A stretch of DNA of 62,483 nt, counting the filler, from Chiloscyllium plagiosum (Eukaryota), in assembly GCF_004010195.1 (NCBI RefSeq). It is 4 parts of one record of this genome, joined end to end, with 100 filler letters (N's around TTAATTAATTAA, not from the genome) between each part and the next. Parts side by side here need not be neighbours in the genome. Positions count along the whole stretch, not along the records: positions 16,440 to 32,987 come from NC_057716.1; positions 33,088 to 54,636 come from NC_057716.1; 2 more parts are not named here. One strand, given 5' to 3'. The first letter of the stretch is position 1; each line of letters starts with the position of its first letter. The notes beneath the pieces are model-generated. The model made no database searches. It saw only the letters and a program-made list of their open reading frames with translations, and was not told the origin of the DNA. Of this stretch, positions 24,346 through 37,200 are shown in pieces. A program made the translations under genes and the position numbers.

Positions 24346-25849
24346 CACATCCCAACCTGTTAGCGTTTGCTCATTATCAATCCCTCCATACAAAAGGATC
24401 ATCCTTGTGTACCTTCCCTGAAATGCCTTCAAGGAAACGATATATTTCCTTAAATAAGCACAATTTTCCCGGCACCTTCCATCTCATTCTTACTGAAACT
24501 CACCACCAAATTGGACTCATGAGGCAGCGAGTTGCAGACTTCCTGCTGCAGTGTTTCCATGTCTAAACCTTCCTTCCATTGCGACTGGAGCTTTAGGGAG
24601 ATGTTCTCACACAGGTGACATGACATTGTGGCCCAAACTAAAATTCAGAGACATGGGAGAGATTCTGATTAAATAGGGAATGTTTCCCTGCAGACAATGA
24701 ATGAACCAGTTTTCATATTTTAGTTGAGTGTGGAGTTGGGGCGACGGACAATTTTTTTCAAAAGAGATTCAGACGAAAGAGCACAAAAGTAGTTCTCTCG
24801 CTGTGTATCTTCGGGAGTGCGTGCAATTTCAAGACCCGTGGCGAAGATACAGTGAAATTGCTCTAGAAACTCAGCAACTCTGGAAACAGCTGTGGAGTCA
24901 GAGAATGTACGGTCAATGTTTCGGGTCCACTGTAACCCTCTTCAGAACACATTTCCTCCTGCACAGAGCAATCGAGTCATTTTACAAGCATTTCCAATAA
25001 CTCTTCCATAAAGACATGCATCAATGAGCGTTGGCCCTGAATGGTTAATCAGATTAACCGAATTGAGGCTGATGGAAAGAGAACTGGATTGAGAAGGGCA
25101 ACACTGGGCAGCAAGTGTTCATAAAGATTTCAGAAGTAGTTTTCGCCTTTATCTCTCTCTCTCTCTTCCGAGCTAACTTTAAAGGTATGCTCAGATGTGG
25201 AAGAATTACAGATTTTCTTGTTAACTGTAGAGAAGTGAGTTGGAGGATCCAGAAGGATAGGACAATCCAGGATTGCATAGAGGTGTAATATCATTCCCCA
25301 TAGTTACCATCTGAATAATGACAATGTATTGTGGTGATTTTTCAGTATGGGACACTCAGACCAGAATGGTCAGGATTCTTTGTGCCATTTGAACTGATGT
25401 GTTTCTTGTATCTCCTGCATAAGGACACAACTGGCCACAGGAACTGTGGCTGCCCGGGACTCAACAGATTCTGGACTGGAAAATCTTCCAGAGAGACTGG
25501 TCAGGTCTGAATGAGAATTTGCTTACTGAAATGCTGTTGGTAAAACCGCGCCATAAAGGGATATATTATCTCTCCCAGATGTGGAATCACGATAGCTGTT
25601 AGGCACAGTTCTCATTATCCCTTATGTCGAAAGAAATACAAGAGTGCTTGTCACTATTGACTGCATTGTCGACAGTTTTGACAAGGATTCAGATCAATGA
25701 CATTTGTGTCAGTTATGAACTATTAACTCAGCTTTCTGTCTCTGCGGATGATACGAGACCAGCTGACTTTATAAAACAGTTTTGGTTGTTATTAATTCCC
25801 AACAGAGTAAAGGGAGCCCATTTGTTGCGTCACACCTGCCGCAGTGCAT

Positions 25850-26043
25850 CCCGCAGTTTCCCTGTCACCCTGCATTTTCGGAAACACACATAATCTGCAC
25901 ATCCGTGGACTGTCAGAGGAAACCAGATCACCTAATGGAACCGAAGCTGACACAGGGGAGAGTCCATGCAATCAGTCGCCGATGGTGAAATTCAGACCGG
26001 TCCGTGAAGCTGTCCTGTAACAGTACTAACTACTGTGCCGCCC
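25850..26043 (-). mobile_element. Old V-SINE
   Basis: Degenerate GAGGAAACCAGA.CACC...GACACAGGGGAGA and CTAACTACTGTGCCGCC (reverse complement of the SINE head). Confidence 0.65.
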
Positions 26044-26533
26044 TGCGTTGACGACTTTCAGAATCCACAGTATATCCCCTCATGGGTACTGCAGGGCCCG
26101 GTTGTGGAGTGGATCCCACGCCCTGTCCCATTCTGACACGGCCTCCGATCACTCACTTCCTCAGCATAAGAGCAATTTTGTCGATAGCCCCGTTTAATAG
26201 ATGAGTTCCAATTAAATCTAAATCGATTTCTCTCTAACCACGCAACCAAGGAAGCTTTCTGAGCTCTCTCAGAATTTCGCACTATATAAATACAAACATC
26301 TAAGCATCTTATAGAACCGATAAATTAATGCAACTTTCCCATCGCTGTCACTGAGCAGGGAACATTTCAGATTACACGATGAGCAGCAAAAGAGCGGTGA
26401 ATTCCCATCAGCATCAGAGCAGTGGGAAGCGACAACCGCTGTTTGTCAGGCGTTTCCTAGACACCTACTCAGCGTTCCTTTTCTCTGTCAACGTACAAAA
26501 GAGGAAAATTTTACAAAGAAGTCCGCATCTTAC

Positions 26534-26576
26534 CTGGAGATAAGCAGAAAAGGACGAGGAGCTCAAAGAGAACCAT
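26534..26576 (-). CDS. Candidate signal-peptide (leader) exon of an unidentified secreted/membrane protein
   Basis: GCGATGG start context, MVLFELLVLFCLSP, phase-1 donor CAG|GTAAGA, and TATAAAA ~40 nt upstream. Confidence 0.4.
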
Positions 26577-26614
26577 CGCTGTTTTCTGACTATCGAAACC
26601 ACATGAACTCCTGT

Positions 26615-26621
26615 TTTTATA
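26615..26621 (-). promoter_or_regulatory. Candidate TATA box for the leader exon
   Basis: TATAAAA on the minus strand. A CCAAT motif lies at ~26698-26702. Confidence 0.35.
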
Positions 26622-27639
26622 CAACAGGCAATAAACCTCAACAAAGGGTTCATTGTCCAATGACAGAATATTGAGCATAGCAAAACAGGTGAGGCACCCA
26701 ATAGGAGCGCTGTTTTTTGTCCGAGACAACCGTCCCTGACACCGACAGATTCATCTACGTTTGTCCGGGTTGAACATTGCGCCACATTTCCTCATTGCCT
26801 AGAAAGTAAGATCATAAATTCTCGAAGAAAGAGAGAGAGAAGCAGAGTTCCCGTTTGGATATGTTGTGCATTTCCCTCAAGGGGCGTACCGTGTGCCAAA
26901 AAAAGACCAAACAACGATCCCATCCAGGAAGTCGCTTGCGGATCTGAAGACAGTTAGGTGACAGATCCCAAGAACTGGCTGTTCGTACTATCAGTGACTG
27001 GCAATGACTTGGGTTTGGAGAGTTGGCACATCGAAGGAAACACCGTGCACCCAACTTCATTTCGCAGACATTATCATTGGGGTGGAGGGGCGGTGTGTTG
27101 GTCATTCAACCAGACATACACATGAACTGTTTAGCTGGAATGGCAGTGTGCGCAGTGTTAGCAAACCTGGTAAGAATGGCCGCGAAAAAGCAAACAGACA
27201 GGATTTCAGAGGAAATTGGACATTTTGCTCTATAAAATGCTGCAAGCAGCTCTGAAGAGTTCCAACTTATAAACCCCTGGAATTAATACGGACTGTGATT
27301 AACAATGCCAAATTATAATGTGAGTTTAGCAGTTCACTGCTGTTTATTCAGTGTCAGTCCAACGATCTGGAGACATCGAGGCCATTACCTTTGGTTTCAG
27401 TCTATTTGGAGCTGAAACAGCAGGAATCGTTGCCTGCAAGTCTGTTTCTGAGTGAGGCTGCTTGCTGGAGCGGTACAGCTGGCGTTGGCTGCGGTGGTTC
27501 GGATCTGCCGATGGACATAAGCAATGCAACAGCGTTCAACGTGCATGGCCTAGTAAGGCACTGCGGGATTAAACCTCTCTCACTCAGCGTTAAGTCATTC
27601 GCATGAGGAAGAGCAAATTGAGCAAATTGTCGAACAGAA

Positions 27640-28150
27640 TTGCTAACAGATGTTTCGATGATCCCTATCCAATTACAATGTCGTCTGTTTGCAAAATTTT
27701 ATTCAGCGAGTGAATTACGTTTCTAACCAGCAATGAGATCCAGAGGACAAGGTGAAAATATTCATGGGAGATACTACTGCGTGAATTCACATTGACAACG
27801 ATAACATCAAATTCGTTCAAATCGCCCCCACCCCCACAGCCCCTCATTCTGTTGGAAAAGTTGCCATTTTGTTTCCCATGTGGAATGGACAAACTTGTAT
27901 TCGTCCTGAGAAGTACTTGTGTCTTGACAATGTATCTCCGAAAGTCATTGAGAGCAGATTTTGTAAACGTAAGATTTAAAATGACAGAGCGTCGTCCAAA
28001 CTCAGGATGACTTTGGAACTAGCAAAACTGTGTCAGAAACAAGAATCTATTTTAAGTCATGCTTGGCCAATTTTTAAACTTTTGGATATAATGTGTTCAG
28101 TTTTCCAAATATTGGCTGGATGCCTGAAATGCGTACTCCAAATCAATGAC
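27640..28150 (+). mobile_element. Possible highly decayed Gypsy gag fragment
   Basis: Scattered FLTSNEI, PKVIESRFCKR and LELAKLC peptides resemble Gypsy gag N-termini; frameshifted. Confidence 0.3.
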
Positions 28151-29209
28151 TATTATTGCGAGCCAATGTTTCAGTCACACTTCTGTTTTACTTTTCTGTG
28201 CATTGAAATTACTCCATAGAGGCCGGCATCCCATTACCCAGGCACTGTTTAGGACAAGTGCATAACACTTGATATAAGTTCGGCTTCCTCAGAGACACCT
28301 CTTAGAGAGGAAAGAACCTCCCACACTTTAATTGTATCTGTCAGCCAATAATCCCTGGCTGAATCATATTAAATAATATTCTATGAAGTTCACCTGTCTG
28401 ATCTAGTTTTAATCCCTACAAAACAATTACCATTAGCAATTCAAATGTATAAATGCCTCATAAGCACCACACGTGGACAAAAATTCTAATTCAGTTGCAT
28501 TGATTGTCTCACTTGCAGTTGTACGACCAGAAAGAGCAACTCAACTTTTAACTGGAACAAACAGAAAGACGAAGAGAGAGGGAGAGAGATGAGGGAGAGA
28601 GTTGCAGACAAAGAGAGAGAATTGGAGAGAGCGAGAGAGAGAGTGAGGCCTGTAGCTTTCACAACCACGACAGCTACAGAAAGCTGAAACTAAAACTGTG
28701 ATTTTGTGGGATACCTCACATACTGGCTTCTTCTCTTGCATCGAATTAAATACAAGGGCTCATAAACGTTTTGTTTTGATGGCTTCAGGTAGAACACTCG
28801 CCAATTCTGTCTCAACTTCCACTAATTTCAACAACAAAATAGAGCATAAAATGCACCTGTCAAAGCCATAGCACCTCCCCATTCAGTGCTGGTTAAGGAA
28901 CAGAATTTTGTTTTTGGCAAATGAGATTGACGCAGGCTTAATTCGGATCCTGACGATAATGTTCTGAAATATCTACTGTCCTTGCTCTTGTAGACAATAC
29001 AGAGTATGAGTTTGGAAGGCGCTGTCTGAACAATATTGATTATTCTCTCAACTATTTCCTGCTGCGACTTGTACACAGGCATTCGAGGAAGAGGAAGTTT
29101 ACGTGTTGCCAAAGAAGACATGTATTTAGCCAGGGATGCTATGAGACATCTTGAGTATTATTGCGGAAGCTTTCCACCTAGTAAGCTTTGCTTATTGTGC
29201 TGTGTAGAT

Positions 29210-29466
29210 AGTTGGATTCACTCCTCGGGTGACTGTCTATGTGGAGATTGCACATTCCCTCCGTGTCTGCTGGAGTTTCCTCTGACAATCCATAGATGTG
29301 GTGGTCAAGTGATTTGGCCATGCTAAATTGTCCATCGTGTTCGATGCGTTCGTCAGGTGTAATTATTGGGTACGGGAATGTGTCCGGTGGGTTCCACTTT
29401 GGACGGTCAGTGTGGACGTGTTGGACCGAAAGACCTGTTTCCATGCTGTCGGGAATCTAATCTAAT
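29210..29466 (+). mobile_element. Older HE1-related V-SINE
   Basis: GTGGAGATTGCACATT...GGCCATGCTAAATTGTCC...CCTGTTTCCATGCTGTCGGGAATCTAATCTAAT. Confidence 0.85.
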
Positions 29467-29989
29467 AACTGTGTACTGGTTCTCTTGCGAAAATTATTTT
29501 GCCAGAATGTTGTTGCAATGTCTGCTTCAGAAACAGTGGCTAAACAGCATTGAGATCCTTGAATTGTTGCCTTTTGTTGAAGTAAACAAAAGCAGCATAT
29601 ATGGGTGGATTCATTCTCACCGGGAAACAGGTTTTTAGTTTTCCCGTCACTTTAAGTTGGGGTGGGATTTGGAAAGAGATTGAAGCTCATTGACACACAT
29701 CTGTCCCTTTTACGGAAAAAAATCCTGGCGACCTCTGTCTGCTGCTACAGAGTTTTTCTTTTTTTTTTCTTTTTCCTTTCTCCATGACTGAAGATAGCAG
29801 GTTAAAATGAAAAATCTATGTTAATGGGAGGAAAAACCCCAACAAATACTGAAAAAAAAATCCCAGCAGGGTTGGCAGCATCTCGAGAGAGTAACCCGAG
29901 TTAACGATGCATCTACAGTCATACTTCTTCGGAAATCATGGTTTTTGGTAGTGCTGTTACATTTTAACAGTTAAGGATTAATAGGTGAA

Positions 29990-30171
29990 CAAAGTATACG
30001 TTTGGTCAACCATTTAATGGAATGTAAGTGATGCCAATTTTACATTCTTTGCTTGAAGAAATCAATCACATCTGGAACACTGCACTTTTTGCATGCATTT
30101 AAATCAATAAAGTTTCGGTTCGGGGGTGTCTTCTTGAAAAGTTGTGAACGGAGCTTGTCCAGTTCGTAACA
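29990..30171 (+). mobile_element. LTR 3'-end fragment related to the 3295-3908 family
   Basis: CACATCTGGAA..., AATAAA and TTCTTGAAA...GTCCAGTTCGTAACA resemble the ends of the LTRs at 3295 (reverse complement) and 54558. Confidence 0.4.
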
Positions 30172-30292
30172 ATTCCCACAGCTGTCACTGGACTAGATTC
30201 TGAAGTTTCAATGTCATCAAACGTGCATCAGACAAAAGATTGAAAATCAGAATGAGAAACTACAGAAAGACAATGGAATCGGTCTCACTCTG

Positions 30293-30542
30293 AAACTATC
30301 TATCAATGTATTCTAACAGATGAAAGGCTTAACAGACAATCAATGTTTCAACGTATAATTTCAGTTACATCGCACTGCAAATTGTGCTATAAATTCTGTG
30401 TTACGATCGAGCCCTTCACAATCACCCGATGAAGGAGCATCGCTCCGAAAGCTAGTTGGCTTCCAATTAAACTTGTTGGACTATAACCTGGTGCTATGTG
30501 ACTTTTAACTTTGTACACCCCAGTCCAACACCGGCATCTCCA
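30293..30542 (+). mobile_element. Penelope-like terminal-repeat fragment with 16-bp TSD
   Basis: GATGAAGGAGCATCGCTCCGAAAGCTAG..GTTGGACTATAACCTGGTG. AATCGGTCTCACTCTG at 30277-30292 and 30543-30558. Confidence 0.75.
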
Positions 30543-31809
30543 AATCGGTCTCACTCTGTGAGTGACTTCTCTACATTTGGCAAATACAACAGTAACATTT
30601 TAAATGAAATACAAAAGGTGTGCACTGTCTGTAAAATATAAAAAAAATAAACAAAATGTTTTCGAGAAACTCGGCAATTCTGGCTGCATCTGCGTAGAGA
30701 AAACAGAGGTAACATATCGAGTCCAGTAACGCTTCATCAGTAACGTCATTGAGATAAGTGAAGACCATGAAGCTACCCTTCATTGTTGAGGGATCACTCC
30801 TTAATGAATTCCGCGATGTGCGTTTTGGTCGGAAGTGTTGACATCAATTTGTGATTTTATTTCTTGAGCAGTTATAATATGTTTTTGAAAACGGTATCAT
30901 AGCAGCTGATGTAACGTTTTTGCTCAAGTGAGTTCAACGAATATTAATGATGAGATGCACAGCCATGTTAGTGAGGATGTATTTCAATTGTATTCCAGGG
31001 CCCACTTGAATGGGTCAGTTCAGAGGATCTTGTTGAACTATCAATTCCAGACTAATTAAAACAACTTCTTATCTAAGAAATGGAAGATGCAGTAATTGAT
31101 GAGTTCGAGCGAAGTCACTAGCCGATTCTAGCAGCTGTTCAGATCCCTGGTTATCTCCTTTGTAAATTGTTGATGTTGAACATCAATGTGAGCTCTGTAT
31201 GTTCTTGATAGCAGTTCAAATTGATTTATTTCACAACCCCTTGTTGCGCTTAAAAATTGAGTAAAGTGAGTTAGCCTGTGCACAGTGTTACACTGCTTTA
31301 GATTGCGTTGTATCTGCAACGAGTTTGCTTTGTTAATTTCTAGAATTCAGTCCTACTTTAACAAAACGGGGCATGTATCAAAAAATGTGATTTTTTTGTT
31401 CTCTCAGGGGTAGTTGTGAGTCTTCAGAATTCTGGGCATCAAAGGTTAATAAATGATTTTTTTTAATGAAAAGAAGTCATGACGGTAGAGCTAGTTCCTT
31501 GATGACCAATGAAGTGAAAGAAAAGCAGGGGTATTCAGAAATATTCATGCATGTCGATATGAGGATAAAGGTGTGTGAAATTATCTATTAGCAATTATTA
31601 GCAATGCAGGCTCTAAGGGATAAATGAGCAACTGATGTATTTTTGATTGTATCTTCAAAGAGTTAACGAATTGTGTTTTTCCTTGAGTGTTTTTTGTTGA
31701 GAAAAAGGCTTCTGGCCAAGAGCTGGGAGTGGACAGTCATCATTTCTTACCAGGTTTTACTTGTGAGCCTGGCGATCAGAATAAGTATAACCAAATACCT
31801 TTCTTGTGG

Positions 31810-32124
31810 AGGCAGGCCGTTCGGTCCACGGAATCCACACCAATCTTCCAAAGAATGTCCAATCCAGCTACCCAAAACCTGTAGCCCGCATTTCACATGG
31901 CTCACACATCGACACTGCACATCCCTGGATATTATGGGCTATTTACCACGTATAACCCACGTTCAGTGCACATCTTTGTGCTGTGGGACAAAATCGGAGT
32001 TCTCAGAGGAAATCCATGCAGACACAGGGGGAATGTACAAACTTCGTGTGGTCGCCCGTGGATGAAATTGAACCGACGTGTCTTGCACAGTGAAGCAGCT
32101 GTGTTAACCATTGAGTCACGTGCC
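31810..32124 (-). mobile_element. Old V-SINE
   Basis: Reverse-complement V-domain (GAGGAAATCCATGCAGACACAGGGGGAATGTACAAACT) and a tRNA-head remnant. Confidence 0.8.
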
Positions 32125-32987
32125 AAGAAAAAATCGTTTGATATAAATCTTTTCAGGAGGAAAACTCTGTTTTCCAGTCCCTATAATACGCAGAGGAAGC
32201 TGGAAATCGTCTCATCCTACTCTGAGGTTTATGTTTATTCGGATTTTACAATATTGACTATCACTCTGATGTTGTATAATATTGTGCATAACCGAGCCTA
32301 AAACAGATGGTAGTAAGATTTTAAATAAGGGGAGACAAAGATCAGAGATTATTGTAATTTAGAAAGCGAATAACATCGAGCACATGCAGGCACAGAAATT
32401 GATCAGGAATAAGTCATCACAGGTATGGATGTGGGTCGAGCGAGCATGATAGGTCACAAATTAGGTTAGATCAAAGGATGAGGAGATCACACAGACCGAG
32501 TGAAGGAAGACACAGGAGGAAGCAACTGTGGGTTTGAGAGGAGACTGTGTTTTGCAGAGTTGAGATGGAGACGCAAAATGGCAATTGGGAGTGTCTGAGA
32601 GAGAGTGACAGCGAGGGATGGAGAATAAATTAGAGCGATAGGTAGGGATGAAAAGGTATTGAGATGGATGGGAGAAACTGTGAAACTAACAAACCGTGCA
32701 CAATAATTCACGGGAGAAGCTGATTTTTGTTTCTTGACAGAATTCTATCTTATTGAGCGATATTGCAAATTGGTCACACTTGATGCAACTGTGTTAGTTT
32801 CAGTATAACAGTTTCTTCCATAAACCTGTTACCATTCCGAAATTCTAAACCGCATTTGAGTCCAATGTTGGATCAATATCTTCATAACCCAGTATTTTGT
32901 AACTGAACATAAAAAAGCCTTTCTCACGGAAATTACAAAAGCACAAGTCTGATGGTCTGGAATTTAATTTAGTTGCATAAAAATCGG

Positions 32988-33087
32988 NNNNNNNNNNNNN
33001 NNNNNNNNNNNNNNNNNNNNNNNNNNNNNNNTTAATTAATTAANNNNNNNNNNNNNNNNNNNNNNNNNNNNNNNNNNNNNNNNNNNN
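32988..33087. other. Artificial scaffold-joining spacer
   Basis: N44-TTAATTAATTAA(33032-33043)-N44. Confidence 0.97.
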
Positions 33088-33700
33088 TTTAGAGAAAGGG
33101 ATAGCGAAAAATTGGGAGGAGGTTACAGAGAGAGAATGGGAGGGAGATATAAAGAGAAAAGGAGCCGGTGAGGTTTCGAGACTGAGAGAGCGTTGTTCAA
33201 TAGAGAGAGAGAGAGAGAGGTGTTGAGACAGAGTGTGGGATGGGTGTAGAGTAAGAGAGAGCAAGTTGTACGGGGATAGATTCTGAGAGAGAGTTTCATG
33301 ATGAGAGAGAGAGTGCGGGAGCGTGGTATTGAGAGCAAGTGAGAGGCGAGTAGAAAAAGAGAGGTAGAGAATTGGGAGGTTGGGATGCAGAAAGAGAGAG
33401 TGGGAGGCGAATGTATTGCGACTCACAGTGAGTGGTGGTGGGGTAGAGAGAGAATGAGAGGGTTTTAGAGAGAGAGAGAGTTGGATGGTGGTAGAGTGAG
33501 AGAGTGCGAGGGATTAATCAGAGGGAGATTGTTGGCGGATTGGAGAGAGGTGTGGGAGGGAATGCAGGAACAGAGAGTGATAGGGCGGTAGAGAGAGAGA
33601 GAGAAGGACTGGTAGTGAGGTAGAGAAGGGAAGAGAGAGAGCGGGAGAATGGTAGAGAGGCGAGAGAAAGAGAGTGGGAGGAGGTTAGAGAGTGTGTGTT
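33088..33700. repeat. GA-rich low-complexity tract
   Basis: Purine-rich degenerate (GA)n. A similar tract lies at ~32480-32680. Confidence 0.85.
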
Positions 33701-33704
33701 GGAG

Positions 33705-34200
33705 GGATGCAGTCCAGGTACCACTCCGATGTCATCTACATCGATGGCAACTTAAAAAGGTTGAGAAAAGTTTGGTGCAGCTAAAACTGTTACGATGGTT
33801 AATATTGCTTTCAAGTGGTCGAATGCTCCCTGGCATTTTTCTATACAATGAAACTTTGTGCTGTTCGTCAACAAATTGGTTAACTGTGCCACGACACTGC
33901 TGAAGTTTGGAACAAAGTTCCAAAAGAATCGCTGAGTCCTAAGAATCAATCCACCTCTTTATTCCACGTTGTTCATGGAAATTCTTTGATAACCTTCGAT
34001 TTGCGTTCCATGGGCTCAACCTTCCAAGAACGTCATCTCTGCTTTCGCAAATTCCGTTTTGTTTAAGTTTATACCCAGTTTTGCTTCTTGTAATCATGCA
34101 AAGTGTTCTGCCAACTGTCCCATGTGATTTTTTCCAGAACTGATTAACTATCACTACATCGCCCAAATGGACTGCACAGTTTCTTAACCCAGCAGGTGAT
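33705..34200 (-). mobile_element. Gypsy/Ty3 pol fragment (RT thumb to start of RNase H)
   Basis: FVPNFSSVVAQLTNLL...CQGAFDHLKAILT..VLAAPNFSQPF*VAID. Confidence 0.85.
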
Positions 34201-34209
34201 TGGGAATGA

Positions 34210-37200
34210 AAGAGTTGGAGTGATTGTGAGAGTGTCAGGGTGACGGTGATAGAGTGAGTGTGAGAGATCAGTTTGACAGTGGCAGAGTGAGTTCGAGTGT
34301 GTTACGGTGATGTTGATGGAGTGAGTGTAAGGGGGTAGGGTGACATAGATGGAGAACGTGTGAATGCATCAGGGTACGCGTGTCGGGGTGTGTTTGAGGG
34401 TGCCTGGTTGACGGTGAAAGAATAAGTGTGAGGGCATCACGGTGATCGTGAGGCAGTGCGTGTGAGCGGGTCAGGGTGATAGTAAGTCAGTGTGAGGTTG
34501 TCAGGGTGTAAATGAGGGAGTGAGTGTGAAGACGTCAGGATAATATTGATGAAGATAGACTGAGTGAGAGGCGGTGAGGCTGACAGTGACGGAATGATTG
34601 TGAGGAGTTTCAGGATGATGGTAACGGAGTGAGAGTAATTGGAGTCAGTGTGACGGTAAAGGGGTAACTGCGAAGGGGACAGACTGATGGTATCGGAGTG
34701 ATTCTGGGGTGATGAGACTGACACTGAGGGAGTGAGTGCATGGTGATCAGTATGACAGTGACGGATAGCATGCCACGTGGTCAGGGTGACAACGAGATAG
34801 TGATTGTGAAGGGCCTGGGTGACGGCGACGGACTGAGTATGAGGGGTAAGAGTGATACTGGCGGAGTAAGTGTGTAGGTGTAAGGGTGACGGCATGATGT
34901 GCAGGTGAAGAGGTCAGAGCAACGGAGAGGAAGCGAGTGTGTTGGATGTCAGGGTGACAGTGATGGAAAAAGTGTAAGGGGTTAAACCTAATGGTCATGG
35001 AGTGACTGTAAGGGATTCTTGGTTCCAGATGGGGAGAGAGAGTGAGGGGGTCAGTGTGATGAAGAGGGAATACGTGGGAGTGAGTCAGGGTGACGGTCAT
35101 GGATTGAATGTGAGGTGGACAGTTTGACATTGGGAAGTGATTGTGAGGGATTCAGTCTGATGGCGATGGAACATTTGTGAAGTGGTCAATGTAAACAGTG
35201 GGGAAGTGAGTTTGAAGGATCAGTGTGATGGTGCCAGAGTGAATGTGAAGGAGTCAACGTAACGGTCATGGAATGAGTTCGAAGCGTCATTGTGACGTTG
35301 ACGGTTTGAGATGGAAGGGGCAGGGTGAGTGTGAAGGAGTGAGTGTGAGTGTTCAGACCGATGGTCATGGAGTGAGTGTGAAGGTTTTAGAGTTACAGTG
35401 AGGCAGTGAGGGTGTGATGGCAGTGTGACTGTGACAAAATAAGTGTGAGAGTATAGGCTCATGGTGACTGACGAAGTGCGTGGCGGTGAGAAAGTTAATG
35501 TGATGGGTCAAGGTGATGGTGATGACAAGGGCTCAAGGGGTTTAGGGTGACGTTGAATGACTGAGTGTGAGGGGGTAAGTTTAACCGTAACGGAGTGAGT
35601 GTGACCAGGTTAGGCTGACAGTGATGCGGTATATCTGATAGGGGTGAGTGTTACAGTGAGTGTGATGGTGATGGAGTGAGTTCACCAGGGACAGGGTGAT
35701 GGTGATGGACTGAGTGCAAGTGGATCAGTGTGACAGTGATGGAGGCAGTGTGAGTGGAGCAGGATAATGTTGATTGACAGAGCCTGTGGTGGTTGCGGTG
35801 ACGGTGACGGCGAGAGTTTTGGGTGTCAGGGCAATGGTGCTGGAGTGAGTGCGAGTGGGTCATGGTGATGGTAGTGGAGGAAGTGGGTTTGTCAAGGTGA
35901 CAGTGACAGAGTTAGTGTGGGAGTGTCAAGTTGATAGTAATGGGGTGAGTGCGAGGGGGTCACCATGGCAGTAACACTGAGAGATTGACGGGGTCAGGAT
36001 AAAAGTGATGCAGTGAGTGTGACGGTGTCAAGGTGACGGTGATGAAGTGAGTGAGAGGGAGTGAGCCTGACAGTGACAGACTGAGTGTTAGGGGATTCAC
36101 AGTGACGGAGACAGAATGAGTGCGTGTTGATGAGGGATTGAGTGTGACGGGGTCAGGGTTACAGTGACAGAGTGAGTGCCAGAGCATCGGAGTGACAGTG
36201 ATGGAGTAAGTGTGATTGGAGTCAGGGTGAAGGTCGTGGAGTGACTGTGAAGTCGTCAGGGAGTCAGGGTTGGAGTGAATGCGAGGGGTCATGGTGATGG
36301 TGATGGAGTGAGTGTGAAGTGGTCATGACGATGGTGACAGAGTGAAGGTGAAGGGGTCCGGGAGATAGTGCGGGAATGAGTGTCAGGAGGTCAGGATGAA
36401 TGTGATGAAGTGAGAGTCAGGATTTCAGGCTAAAAAAAAGATGGAATGAGTGTGAAAATATCAGGTTGACGGTGAGGGAGTGAGCATGAGGGTATCAGTG
36501 TGACGGTGATGGTGTGAGTGCGATCGGGACAGCGTGGCAGTGATGGAGTGAGTGTGAGTGGGTCAGGGTGACAGTGACAGAGTGAATACGATGACCATCG
36601 GGGTGACAGTGAGAGAATGCATCTGACGAGGTTAGCGTGGTAATGGTGACAGAGTAAGTGCAATGACGTCATTTTAAAAATGACAGCGTGAATGTGAGGG
36701 GGTCAGGCTCACAGCGACAGAATGAGCATGACGGGGAGTGTGCTGATGATGAAATGAGTGCGAGGGGATCTGGGTTGAAGCGAGGTAATTAGTTCATGGA
36801 GGTGAATGTGTAGTTGATGGAGTGTGAGTGTGAGTCAGTTTCACAGTCACGGAGTGAATGTAAGGGGGGAGGCTGACAGAGGGGAATTGAGTGTAGGGTG
36901 GTCCGGGTGATGGTGCCAGAGTGAGTAGGATTGGGTCACTGTGACATTGACGGAGTGAGTGTGAGGGGGTCAGGGTGACAGCAATAAACTGAGTGTGATC
37001 GGGTCATTGTGAAGGTGATGGTGTGATTGTGGTGGAGCTATTGTGACAGTCATGGAGTGAATGTGAGAGGTCGGGTGAAATAGGTGGTGTCAGTCTGAGG
37101 GAGTCAGAGTGATGGTGATGGCGTGAGTGTGAGGGAGTCAGGGAGGCAATCACGGAGTGAGTGTTCGGGGATCAGGAGACAGATGCGAGTGAGTGTGAAT

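Noticed and set aside
25083..25110. Possible RSS (CCCAGTG, minus strand) after the Ig-like segment
   Set aside because: The heptamer lacks the invariant CAC, and there is no nonamer at 12- or 23-bp spacing.
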